In this document: positions 27,001-39,764 of the stretch, one piece after another
How the letters are laid out: each line of letters begins with the position of its first letter
How positions within the stretch are numbered: position 1 is the stretch's first letter
From: Camelus dromedarius
Lineage: Eukaryota
Direction of reading: 5' to 3'
NCBI RefSeq assembly: GCF_036321535.1
Contig: NC_087437.1
Span: 77,314,001-77,378,000, forward strand
Length of the DNA: 64,000 nt
The notes under the pieces: generated by a model
Seen by the model: the letters and a program-made list of their open reading frames with translations, nothing else
Database searches by the model: none
What the model was told of the DNA's origin: nothing
Made by a program: the position numbers and the translations under genes

Positions 27001-28140
27001 AAACAAAACAAAACAAAAACAACTGTGTAAAGGCAACCGTAGTATTCTATACAAAAAGTAGCTAAGTATTGTCTAGGTTCTAAAGAATTATTTCTTCTCT
27101 GAGCCATATGTAAAATATCTCCCATGATCAGACTTCTTTTAAGACTTTCCAGCTATAAACAGCAGTAAAACTTACATAAGGAGTAGACTGGAAAACTTAG
27201 ACCATGATGAGGCTGCAATGGATTCCCAAACTGTAAATCCCCTGAGGTATTTGATTGTAATCAGAAGCCTGGGCTGGAAGAACCTGTGGTTTACACTTTG
27301 AGACCCGTCTCTTCCAAATGCCAGGGCTACTGACCAACATCCTCTAGAAGCGCAGGCAGTCTTAAGGCCACTTTCAAAAGAACCCTCGGCACGTGACCTG
27401 CTTTCTGACCAGTCTGTCATTCCCTTCAGTAATTAATAATTTAGACTCAGTCATCTTGATCAGTCTGGCTTCTTATCCTACCTGGCTGGCTATAAAAGCT
27501 CATATTTTATAATACATAAGTATATGTATGGACTCTGGACCAAACCATACTATAAATGAAATACTACTGATATGTAGACATTTACTGAGATAATTAGACT
27601 TTTGACTATGGACATATGAGTGGTGAGTTTTTAGCTGTCACGTACGCTGTGTGTTCTGTGTGTGAGGCCCTGTGCTTTTGGTTTATCTACAATCTTCAGA
27701 TTGTTACTTAAGTTCACATAGCAGGAAAGAGGCTGAGCTAGGCCCACAGTTACTACAAAACAGAGGATTGAGAAGAAAACTGGATTCAATAAAGTGTGAA
27801 CTATCAATCAGAGCAAAACAACAAAAATAAGAAATAAATAAAACCAGGAAAAAAAAGTAAGGAAAAAGTTAAGGAAATTAGTATCAAGGAGAGATTGTAT
27901 TTCAAAAGAATTCTTAATCCAAGGAAGCCACCAGACTCTTGCCTCTCGTTCTTCCTTTTGTCTCGTGTCCCCAGCTTTCTCTGTCCTACCCAGTATTCTG
28001 GGGACTGTTCAGAAATCTCATGAGTCTCCGAAACTTTTCCAGTCATAACTCAGCTTTCCCTCCTCTGTTCTCACACTGCCCTTGTGGCTGGCTTGGGACA
28101 CAGTGATGTGTGTGTGTTTCTTTCTCCTACTAAATGGAAG

Positions 28141-28608
28141 TGAAGGGGTTCAGGATATGCCACTGTGGCGTAAACATTATTTTGAGTGCAAGACATTTGA
28201 GTGCCTGAAATCTCTTACCTACCTGAAAGTACAGCCTCCCCAGACAACTCCATGGGGAGAAACCCCCTGCCTGGGAGCAACCAGGAAATATTGACTATTA
28301 TCACCGGAAATGGGAAGTCCCAGCATCACACTAAAAAAACATTGTCACAGAACTGTATCTCCTATCTGTTCTCCTAAGGGCCTGTTTATCATTTCTGAAA
28401 GTCATTTATTTTCCCATAAGTGAGCTTCTCCTCTGCCTCTTCTCCTATTAAGATTCATGTCCCACATTCTAAACCCCTCCTTGAGTCACATCTTTCTGTG
28501 AACTCTCATATGTCTTTTCTCTTGCTAATCTATCTCTTGTCAGTTTAATTTGCAAGCATTCAAGACATGAAGGTAAGAGGATAGAGGAAAAGATTTTCCT
28601 CCCTGACA
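28141..28608 (+). mobile_element. MER34/MER39-like ERV1 solo LTR
   Basis: Starts 'tgaaggggttcaggatatgccac...attattttgag' and ends 'gaggatagaggaaaagattttcctccctgaca'; TG...CA termini. Confidence 0.75.
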
Positions 28609-31332
28609 AACACATTTAGGATTAGTCATCTCCGTTGTCCCTTAGTGCTAAGGTCATGGTAGGGTAGGTACCCAATACAGTTTTGCTGAAGCAAAATCAA
28701 TTTAAGTGACTGAATTGAAATATATACTAAATTATTTAAAATATATACTAAATAATTATATATTTATTTTATATATATTTATATATTCAAGTAATATGTA
28801 TTTGAAATATATACTAAATTAATTACCAAATATTCAGAAGCCTATGAGAAGAAAAAATGTAACCTGAAATTTAGAGGGAATTGAGCCTAATGATTAAAAA
28901 AAAAAAAAAAAGACTTCACACCAGACCTATGAGAGCTCCCTAAGGGCTGAGGCTGAAATAAACATGAATTTAGAAGGGTTATAGCATAATATATCAAGAG
29001 TCTAAATTATAAGTTGACATTTGCCAAACTAGACTAAAATTTGGACTGACCTCATCATTATGTGTTTATATATTCTTTGTATTTTTTAATGTTCATGCAC
29101 TGTGTAGTTTTGCATGGTGACCAAATAGGTGAGGCTTCTTTCCTGAGAGGATGGTTAAGAGCCACAGTCTTTGGAGGAGAAATCAGGAATTTACCACTCA
29201 GGAAATCAGAGTGAACTCATCAGGGGACTGCTCAGTCAGGGAGATGTTTCTTCTCATTGTTCATGCTTGTGTTCTGCTGTTGAATGTGTTAACTCTTTGG
29301 GAACAGTTTCAGACCTTGACCACAAACCCTTGATTCACTGCAATACGAGCTTTACCCTTTTCTGTACTTCCTGGGTCTGATGCCTAAAGATGTAAAGTTC
29401 TGGAGACCATCAACATTAAGCTTAACTCAGATGTGGAACCATCCCCAAGGCTCAGGAGAGATACCTGGGGAGGCTTCCAGTCTCCTTTGGCAGGATGGGA
29501 AAGACGCACAGAACAGATCAGGACAAAACACCTCTCAGACGCATGTTCCTCACAGGAGGTCTCAGCCAGGAGATATTAAAAGTGCAAAGGCACTCTGATC
29601 GGGTGCTCATGTACCCTTCATCGCTACAGATGTTCATTTTGCTAATTTTATCACAGCCTCTAGCACTTTTTATGGTGAGATGAGGAAAAAGCACACATAA
29701 TGGGAGAATAATGCTTTTCCCCAGTGAAGCAAGAACTAATGGCAGTAAGCAGCACTTTGATTCTAATGGGAATGGAACATGGTGTGTGGTACAAATCCAC
29801 TTTGAAATCGCAGACAAGCAAATTATGTTAATAATTTCACCGTCATATGCTCCTGCTTTCTCTTATACATTTCTCCTCCTTACATCTCTGGGTTTGCTCC
29901 AGGAGAAGCCCATGACTAGAAGGACCTGCCCGCCGCCTCACCCAGCTGATTCAGATCTCGCATTCTCCATCCTCCTCTGTCTTCCTCCAGGAGGCCCTCC
30001 TCGGCCCTTTTCCCCTAGTTAACTCCTTCCTGTTTCCTTTATCATGTTTTAGGGTGTGAATAATTCTACCCCATTTTCAGGGATAAATAGAAAATTTATC
30101 CCATTTTCTAATTACTTCCTTTGTGTGTCTTTTTTTCCCATAAATTAGTGCCTTAATAGCAGGATGTGTACATACAAAACACCCAAGTAGTCCTATATGT
30201 AATATTTTGATATGAGTAGAAATAAAATCTTACCTGTCTGTACAAAATTGATTAACTCTTCTGATTTTTAAAGATTTACGTATTTATGAGATATGAACTC
30301 TTACATAATACGTACCCATCATGGTTTTTTAACTGTAATAATATTTAATAACCCGCCCCCCTGACACACACGATTTACTACTTTCTGTACCTGAAATACT
30401 TTCCCTACACGGCTTTTCTCTATTACTACGGCCATGACTGCTGCAACCGCTACTGCTGCTGTTACTATAGCTACCACTGTTACAGCCGTCACCGCCACCG
30501 GGCTACCACTCCTGTTGCTGCTAAAACTTGTCCTTCAGGTCTCAGCCTTACCCAGCGTCCCAGATGGGGTGAGTCCTCAAAACTAGCCCTTTCCTACCAG
30601 TTGCCACAGCCTAATGTGAGTTTTTAATCTCCTGCCCTCTTTGTTGCTCTCACCTGCTAATCACTTACCATCACATGTTAACACATCAAATAGTGTGTCT
30701 TGACTGGAAAAGTGTTGTGAACCCTGCACTAACCACTAATATCACTCTCTTTCCTTCCTGATATGTATCATCATCATCTCTATGATTCTTCAATGTCAGG
30801 CAAGGAACAACACGAAGGCAGTGACTTACCTCCTTACCCAGTGTGGATTGCCCATGCTTAGCCATGTCTGGCACACAGTGTGTCATCTATCATCTCTGTG
30901 GACTAGATAAATTGCTCAGGTCTACATTTCATAGCCACTGGAAAGACAAGGGAATTATTTGGGGTTCCACCCACCTTTTCTGGAGGGTTTAAATGACAGA
31001 ATCAAAAAAGTAGGTCTCCTGCTGGTTCTCAGAGGGTGGGGGATTTCAGAAACAGCCAGGCTGTCAAGAAAGAGAACAGGGTACTAAGAGACAGGAGGAG
31101 ACTGAATGGGTGCGAGAAAGCGTTACATTAAGCACTGGTCCATAGCAATCAGTATTCTGGTTAGCTTGTCACAATAGGTGGGAGAGTAAGATTGCTGGTT
31201 TGGGGAGCAAGGGACGAAAGTGAGGAGGTGGATTTTAAAACAAAGAAACCAGAAGAGACACAGGAAATGAACATTAAGTTTCTCACTGCTGCAGTGGAGC
31301 TCAGATTTTTTAAAGATATATATATATATATA

Positions 31333-31900
31333 TAATTTTTGAGATATAATTTATATACTACGAAAATTCACCCTATAGCATATAGTTCTATGATTTTTGA
31401 CAAGCACTAAGAAGTGTAACCACCACACAATCATAATAGAAAACATTTCCATCACCTTCAAAATTCCCCTCATTCCCCTTTCTCAATCTCTTACCTCCAT
31501 CTGCAGTGATCTGCTTTCTGTCACTATTGTTTCAGCTTTTCCAGAATGCCATATAAATGGAATCAAACAGTATATAGACTTTCAAGCCTTCCTTCCTTCA
31601 GTCAGCATAATGCATTTGGGATTTACCCATGTTGTTGTGTGTATTCGTAGTTCATGTCTTATTTTATTTTATTTTGTTTTATTTTGCTGAGTACTATTCC
31701 ATTGTGTGAACATATGACAGTTTATTCACCAACTGATGGACATTTGGGTTGCTAGTATGAGTGAAACTACTATAAACATTTGTGCACAGGATTTTTAGTG
31801 AATATGTGTTTTCATTTGTCTTGGGTAAATACCGAGGAATGGGATTGCTAGGTCTTAGGGTGGGTATATGTTTAGCTTTATATGAAACTGCCATTCCATT
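31333..31900 (-). mobile_element. L1MB/L1ME-type 3' fragment with a (TA)n tail at ~31315-31332
   Basis: 'ttgagatataatttatatac', 'tataaatggaatcaaacagtat', 'ttcatttgtcttgggtaaataccgaggaatgggattgctagg'. Confidence 0.85.
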
Positions 31901-33884
31901 TTCTGAAATACTGCCTAAATTTCATTTTCTTGAATTGCTAACATCATATCTTCATGGATAACCATTAATAAGGCCAAGGTCCTGTAGATAGTATATGACT
32001 GTTGTAAGGGAAAACCAGGATGTACAGGTTTGATGGGAAGGAAAAACACAGATCACACTTGAGGTGTCTTCTGATCTGGGCTAACAGTCTATACTTTAAA
32101 GACATAAGTCAGGATGAAACCAAGGTGGGACAACACTCTCTGTCAGCTACCATTTGCAAACACCCATTTCCCTACTCCTGGCTCTAAGGCTCAACGCTTC
32201 TCATATTACATGCACACGTCCTGCCAGCATACACCAATCTGACTCTGGGTTCTATCAAAGGGACTGAGAGTGTAATTCTAAAGACTTGATATGTGCCAAG
32301 AAAAAGCAGTCATGCCTCTCCGTTTGACAGTATTAACAGGGTCCTGGAGGTTCTTTAAGAAAAAAAAGAAAGGCTAAGAAAGAAAATCTTGCTCACAATA
32401 CATTTTTTTTTCCTTTTGGCACATTTCCTGAATCCAGCTGGAACTGGAAAAGCATGAGCCAAAATGCAATTTGGGAAAGTGTTCATGTTTGTGGATGTTT
32501 CAGCTCTGACTGGAACCAGGAAGTAGCCAAATCTTAAATGTGAATGAGTTCCCCCCTGAGCCTTCCAGACCAGTTTTGCATTCTGTTTTGCCCAGCATTA
32601 TTGCCATCCAAAGCTCTAACTCCAAGTCTCCTAATCTACAATTTCAAGAAGAAGGGATCTACTTACACTAAATCAAAGATTAATGAAGATCGAGATGGAG
32701 GATGGAAAAGACTTCTCTGCTTCTGTTGCTGACACTTTCAGAACTTTGTATGAAATTTATCAGGCAAATATCTTCAGGAAGAGGGGGAAATGATTTAAGG
32801 CCCTGATGAACCCTGTCCCTGGGGGTCTAGGAGCCCCAAAATGGTTTACAGATTTTCCTGTGGCTCCAGGGAGTAAATGAGCCCCTGCCCATGTGTCATT
32901 TTTTAAATTGGCAGAAGCTGCATAGGACTCAGATAACTCAGTGATGATAGAGCTCTTTAAAATAACTTCTCACATAGTGGAAATAGTGCTCTTGATGAGG
33001 AGCTCTTCACGAATACTGATTGAGAGTCATATGTTAGTCACCACACATGACCTATCACTTATGACTTGCAGCACACAGCTGTTTGTGAGTGATCTCTGAT
33101 GAGTTGTCTTAATGGGAGAAGTTGAGCAAGAAACTTACAGGCTTGTTGCTCATTAATTCCTTCTTCAGACTCTGAGAGAGATACGAGAAGCTGCCCAGAA
33201 TGTAATAATCACAGGATAGTACTCATAGACCTTATGAAAAAGGGGTAAGTACGGAGAAATGAAGCCATTTAGAGTCTGTCAGAAAACAGTGAATTTCAAA
33301 AACAACCCTTCTGTTTCATTAAAAATTTATTTATTCAAGTTTAATGTACTTTGAGATGAATTTACATTTTGTAAAGAACAGAATGTATTTTCATAATATT
33401 TTATCAAGGAAACACCACCCCAGAAAGGTTACTTATAAGCTGTGACAATGTCAAGTGGGTTATGCCTTAAATTTGACATACTTGAATATTAAATTTGTGT
33501 TCCATAAATTACTCATGCTAACATCTTATCATTATAATATAACATGGCTCTTGATCAAAGCCTTCTTGAAATACACCTTGCACTTCAAGCTCATTTACTC
33601 TGAAAGTACCCATTCTTAATTCCTATCAAAGAAATAAATGCAATACATTTCCTGAAAGTGCACATAGTGAGAGAGGTAAGAAATTGGATTTTTTACTTCT
33701 AAAATAATCTTAATGCTAAAGGGTTTGTCACGTGAAATCTCATCTTACAGACTTGTATTTCCATTTTTCTGATAAGGAACTTTTGTTATCAAACCACACA
33801 GTATTTTTCTGAAATATTTTCTAATTCATTAAAGTAGAACTATAACATGTTAGACTATCAGGGGAATTTAAATAGTATTTAATT

Positions 33885-34083
33885 CAGTAGTCTGTAAACT
33901 ATGGCCCATGGTCCAACCACCTGTTTTTGTAAATAAAGTCTTATTGGAACACAGATACCTGTATTCATTTAAGCAGTGTATGTGGCTGCTTCCTTGCTAC
34001 TGTAACAAGAACTGAGTAGTTGCAGCAGACACCGTGTGGCCCACAAGCTTATTTGACCTTTAAGAAAAGGCTTGAAAGCCATG
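33885..34083 (+). mobile_element. MER58A (hAT-Charlie) MITE
   Basis: 'aaactatggcccatgg...cctgtttttgtaaataaagtcttattggaacacag...gagtagttgcagcagacaccgtgtggccc'. Confidence 0.8.
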
Positions 34084-34112
34084 ATTTAGCCTATGTCCTA
34101 CATTTTATTAAA

Positions 34113-34132
34113 ACACACACACACACACACAC
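34113..34132. repeat. (AC)10 microsatellite
   Basis: Seen directly. Confidence 0.95.
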
Positions 34133-35184
34133 AAAATATTTAACATTTTCCATTACTGTTTGAGACAGGGAAATTGATTATATAATGAAATCTTCAAATT
34201 CCTAAAAACAAATGTTCTGGTTTGCTTTCATTGATACATATATGAGAAAATCACCTTCATCCCTTTGTACCAAAATGAGATTGAACTAGTATTTTTGAAG
34301 AGAATGGAACATTGACTCCATGGTCTTTCTCGGAGACCCAGATATAAAAGGCTCAGAGAATCTACAGCTACTTAGTAATTAATGAATTTAAACATCATGT
34401 ACAGAATCTAGTTATTGATCAGAAAAGGACTTTAAAACAAACTAGTCACATGTAATGAAGAAACAGCTCTCCCCCCTTATTGTAAAAATTGCAGTAAGGA
34501 GCTATGAAACAAATCAACCACACAGCCCTTCTTGTAATCCCTCCCCTTTTTTCAGTTCAGTAATGACAAAAAAGCACCAGACATTGAAAGAGCAATTGGA
34601 ATGCTCCTCAGTTAAGGTACAAGCTGACAGCTTTCCTGAAAGGAGACCAGGGCCAGACTCTAAGAAAGCCCCTAAAAACATTTGACTCCAAGGTGCCCTG
34701 AAGTCAGAAAACCTCAGGGAGCTGTATCTCAAGGATGCTTGGAAAGGACTTTTAATGCTAAGTAAAATTGTGGTAAAATCATATTGCAATGTCCGTGAAT
34801 GATACCCCCTGGAGTTATACAGTGTACAGCCTCTGTAAACACATCTGGCAGGACAGTTTCTGAAGTACCAGCACTCACATTTTTAATGTAAATCAATTTT
34901 TATTAGGAAAAAGTATAAATTTACAAAGTAGAAGGAATTGCCTATATAAAAGTGCTATTTACATCACTAAACATTCTGGTCCTTAAGCACATGTTTCAGT
35001 TCACTGAAATTCAGTCACTGTGGACCTCCTTCCCTGTTTTCATCATGGTTATCACAAATCTGTCCAGCATCCATCTCAGAATCTTCTCTTGCACAATACA
35101 AAATATATTTCTAACTCCAAATACATAACATTTAAAATAAAGGCAGTTAAAATCATTAATTTTTAATAATTTTAATTTTTTTCT

Positions 35185-35715
35185 TTTTAGAATAATTTAT
35201 TGAGGTATAATTTATACAGAGTGAAATGCATCTGTTTTAAGTGTCTAGTTTGATGAGTTTTGACAAACGTGTACACCCTTGTGACTGCCATCACGATCAA
35301 GTTATAGAACATTTGCGTCACCTTCAAAAAGTTCCCTCTTGTCCTTTGACAATTACCACCCCACATTGGCAGACAATTCTTGGTCTGTCTTCAGTCATCG
35401 TAGATGCCTGTTCTAGAAATTCACATGAATAGAATAATACTGTATGTATGTGTATATATATAAAATCTTTCTTCTTTCACTCAGTTTTTGAGATTCATCC
35501 ATATTGTTGCATGAATCAGTATTTCGTTTTGCTTTGTTGCTAATGCCACTGCATTGTATGGACATACCAAAATTTGTTTCCCTGTTCACCTGTTGACAAA
35601 TATTTGGTAGTTTTTCATCTGGGATAATATGATAATGCAGCTATGAACATTCATGTAAAGTCTTTATGAGGACATGTGTTTTCATTTCTCTTTGGTAAAT
35701 AACAGAGAATGGAAT
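35185..35715 (-). mobile_element. L1MB/L1ME-type 3' fragment
   Basis: 'tttattgaggtataatttatacagagtgaaatgc...ttttgacaaacgtgtacaccc...gctatgaacattcatgtaaagtc'. Confidence 0.85.
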
Positions 35716-35857
35716 TTCAGTTTTAAATATTCAGCTTAAGTGTTTAATGCTTATTCAACTTTCTTCTGCCAGAGAACTGTGTTCTCTATTCTCAGTATTT
35801 CTTCACATCTATGTTTCAATTTGTATTAATACTTAGTAAAATAATATAGGATTGGTT

Positions 35858-36087
35858 AGCAGACATTTGGCACTGTCCAAAATGTCAGTGATATATATGG
35901 TCCATAAGACTTTTGGCCCATAACAAAAAGTCTTTGAAATTTGGTCCTGTTCAGAACATCCATGAACATATTTGGTTTATGCCATATGGTTTTGGACAGT
36001 CTGAATATCAAGGATCTTCTGGTGTGGACCGAATGTCTTATGGACCAAATCTTTTATGGACATTTTAGACTGGATCAAATGTCCTGC
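35858..36087. repeat. Palindromic MITE-like element with 59-bp inverted arms
   Basis: 35862-35920 versus the reverse complement of 36025-36083: 45/59 ungapped matches. A recurring (GACATT)TGGTCCA-type motif appears in both orientations. Confidence 0.8.
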
Positions 36088-39000
36088 AAGTGCTCTGCTA
36101 AAATCCTCAGAATAAAATTCAAGCCTAGGAGACACTGATTACGTGGATTCTTATTTTATATGAATTCTTCTTTATTTGGGAGGAATTACAAAAGAAAAAT
36201 GAAACTCACGGGCTTGTGTAAGAAAGACCTGAACAGAAAAGGTCTGCCCCAGCATGAGAGAAATGAAACTCTCTGAGCATCCTAGAGCCTTGGTGACACA
36301 TTTTCATGACCTGTGTGCTGTGAAACCTTTCTTGTTACAACATTTGTCCAAGAGAAGAAGGAATATAACCAAGAGATAAAAATCTCTACTATCAAGATGA
36401 CATGGGCTTAGAAGTCTCATGCCCTAAAAGATGGCCTAGTTGAGCATGAGTGCTTCTTAAAAACCACAGAGATCCCTTAAACTTAAAACACACATTATGA
36501 GTCAACCACAAAATAATATACTCAGGAATAAACAACAAATGATCACTTAGATGTCAAGGTTGTCAAAATTTTGAAGGAAATGAGATTTTCTTCTCCATGT
36601 AAGCTAACAAGATATCCTGCCAGTTTCATGGGTTCTGACAGAATAGGTGAGATTCCTGGGTAAGAGACAAGGGATGTTATTACTCACAGCATTGTTGGCA
36701 GCAGAGTAGCACTATGTGTCCTGGCTTTCTGAGCCCCATAAGTTCCCAGAGGGCAATGTGAAGACAGCCAGGTCACACCTGCCTGTGGCAGTGGGTTGCG
36801 TTACAGGAGAAGGATTCAGAGCTTAAAGAATCTAAATGTTTTCTGATGGCTGTGAGCCTGCCTGATATTTGTCTTGAAAGGAAATAGTATCTTTATCATA
36901 CTAGAGATTAAACAGATCTGCCTTTGCATGAGAGAGAGAGGTGGGGAGATTGCTATCTCAATTTGCCAAGGCTCTTTGCTACAAAAACATCCTTGGAAAG
37001 ATAGTCCAGAACAAAAACCGTGCATCTGCTCTAATATGCAGAAGGCCAGAGACCCATAGAGACTTGCTTCTCAATAATACATCACTTGATTTTCCTAGGC
37101 AAGTAATCTGTCTCTACCAGGGTCCTGGAAACATAAACCCTGTGGACAGCACAGGGAGCTCCAGAATCCCAGGGGCCAGTGTTGTGCCCCTCCCACTGAC
37201 ATTTACCATAATTTCTATGCTGGATCTGTTCATACCATTAACACTTCCATCACCAAAAGTTCTGCAAGATGGTACAGCCCAAGCAGTAGGATGATTGCAC
37301 TGCAGTCTGGACCTGCTTGGAGCCCCACACAAAGCTAACAGCTTTCCATGCCACCCTGTATTTGGATGGATCATGTTTCTAGGCATGGAATAGATTACCT
37401 CCAGGTAAAGAAGCCTACCAGGCTATTTTGTAGTAGGGGATGCAAGGTGCAGCAATGTGTCTTTGACTTTAGAAGGGATATTCCAGCATATCCCTGACCA
37501 CTAGACCCTTTAAACCTTTATTCAAGTGGCTCTTCCTTGCATCTATGCAGGATTTATCTCCCACCCTCTGCATGTCTTACCAAGGCCACCAGCATATTAA
37601 CTACCTCTTACTTTTTCTGTCCAGTCAGCATGATATAATTGTAATGCGGCGTTTCTGAAAAACAATATTGTATCCCAGGGTGAGAGTGGGGTTGTGGCAG
37701 AGATTTGTGTCACCGTTAGAAACAAAGGGAGGCAGGAGTGGTGGTCCCTCTCATAGCTCCATTTAATGTGCCAGTCTGGCCCCTACAGAAAGAGATGAAT
37801 CGCGGGAAGTGACTGTAGACCCCCCCCCCCTTATTTAAACATGAAATAGCCGTGATCACAGCTATGCCTTCCACACTATGTGTATAATTTACCCCGGAGA
37901 CCAGGGACTTTATGTTAATTCAACTGCCAAATGCAGAAATTCCAGCTATACACTCAGAAACTCAGGGAATAACTACAGTGGGTCCACAGTGAGCCAGACT
38001 TGAGTCAGGACTCTGTTTGTGCCCTGTCTCCCACAGGCCCCCACTCTGAATCGGCACGTGAGGGTGCTTTTAATGTCTAGGTGTCAGTGTCAATTCAGAC
38101 CCTGTGTCCTAGAATCCTCCCCACAGCAGACACGTGCCCAAGTAGATGGCCGCAGGCTTCTTCCGGGAGGAGCTGGGGGACTTGTGCTTGTACACATTTG
38201 CCGCAGACCTGCAGGCTGCTTCCTCCCAGAGACCCAGCCAGTGGGTTCTGGATCTGAAAACTGGCTCAGGTATGGAAACGAAGTGAAGGATCATGACTCT
38301 TAATTTAAGAGACCACCCTCAAACGCATGCTCCTCTGTAACTGACTTTAATTTGTTTGGTTGTGTTTTGGGTTATACATGTTGAGCGACACCCTACACAT
38401 ACACAGATCAGAATTCAGGCAAAGATTCAAAATGATTCCTGGGCAGATTTCTGGAATTCTTTCTCTGTCTAGCTCCCTTCTGTCTTGTAATGTGTCCTGC
38501 AAATTCAAGTCACCTGTCTCTTCCTACCTACAACCTCTGTCTCTTCGATTCCCGAGGACCACGGAGCTTGGCTTGAGATCCAGAGACAGCGTCCAGACAG
38601 AAAGTGTACCTCACGTGCTCAGACCTGTTCTCAGACCTGTTCTGCCTGATGCCAGTGTCTGAAAACAGATGTTTCATGTATTTCGTACAGTTTTCTAGTT
38701 GTTTATGACGAGAGGTTAAGTCCAAGCCCAGCTATTCTATGGCAGGAAGAGAAAAGTTCTGTCTTTAAACATGGACATTTACTTTAACCATAGTAATGAA
38801 TTGATTTTATAATTTAAGTGATTTTAAAAGCTGACATTTACCCAGTGGGTTTATGACAAGAACATTAAAAAGTGTGTGTTTTTTAAATTGTCAGTGGTAA
38901 ACATCTACCTTAATTCATTTCCTCGTCCTTCTCTGCTCCTCACCCAATTTATCAGTGTACAAAGAGCCTGTGTTCACAGACTTCATGGCACTTCAGAATT

Positions 39001-39419
39001 CCGGCAATAGATTGGAGTGTCTCTCCCCAAGTCACTTTCTTTCAACAGTGTTTACTTAATGAAGTCTTACTGAGTCAGCTCTAATCCAGGCATAGCACTT
39101 GGTGCTCTTCACTACAGGCCTGAACCATCTGATGAATGAACTCTGATCCCAGTGCTTTTCTAGCCTGCCCCTAATTGCCCACATCTCAGTGAGCAGCCTA
39201 TAGATCTTGTCCTTAGTTCCAGTTGGTTCCCTTGAACACAATTCAGGCTCTTCACCCCTCAGAGAATTAGCCTCCACCTTAAAGAGCAGGACACTCGGCT
39301 GAAATTCTGAGATTCTGAAATTCTCACACTTTCTTGCTTTCATTCTCTCTTTTCTGGGTCTGAGGCCAATTTCCCACCTTCTCTGTTTTCAGGAGAGACT
39401 GTAGAGAACAGGGTGCATT

Positions 39420-39622
39420 TCATTCCTGGCCCTGTCACTTTCTCTTTGTGTGAACTTGGTAGGATATGTAACATTTCTGGGTTCCTGTCCTTCTCTGAAA
39501 AAGGTGTTATTAGCGTCTACCTCAAAAGATTGTTGTGCCGATTGAGTTTATATTCGTAAAGCCCTTAGAAAAGTATCTGGCATACGGTAAACACTCAATA
39601 AATATTAACCACTATTATTATT
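39420..39622 (+). mobile_element. MIR
   Basis: 'ctacctcaaaagattgttgtg...aaagcccttagaaaagtatctggcatacggtaaacactcaataaatatt'. Confidence 0.75.
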
Positions 39623-39667
39623 TCTCAGAATTGGCAACAGTTGGCTTCCAATTATCTGATCACCATA

Positions 39668-39764
39668 TGAATATATATAATTTTTTATATATATATATAT
39701 TTATTTATTTTATATATTTTTTTATATTTATATTTATATTTATATTTATATTTATATTTATATT
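39668..39764. repeat. AT-rich (TTTATA)n-type simple repeat
   Basis: Seen directly. Confidence 0.9.

Noticed and set aside
26813-27020. Copy 2 plus (AAAAC)n as a retroposed copy with a poly(A) tail
   Set aside because: No TSD found, and it is copy 1 that interrupts an older element, so copy 2 is better read as the donor.
28715-28825. Three copies of AAATATATACTAAAT; also short repeats at 20725-20766 and 59455-59510
   Set aside because: AT-rich slippage duplications with no regular spacer structure; not CRISPR-like or otherwise informative.
36941-37386. Overlapping 117-aa (+) and 90-aa (-) ORFs
   Set aside because: No recognisable domain, no convincing splice pair, and lengths within chance expectation for this GC level.
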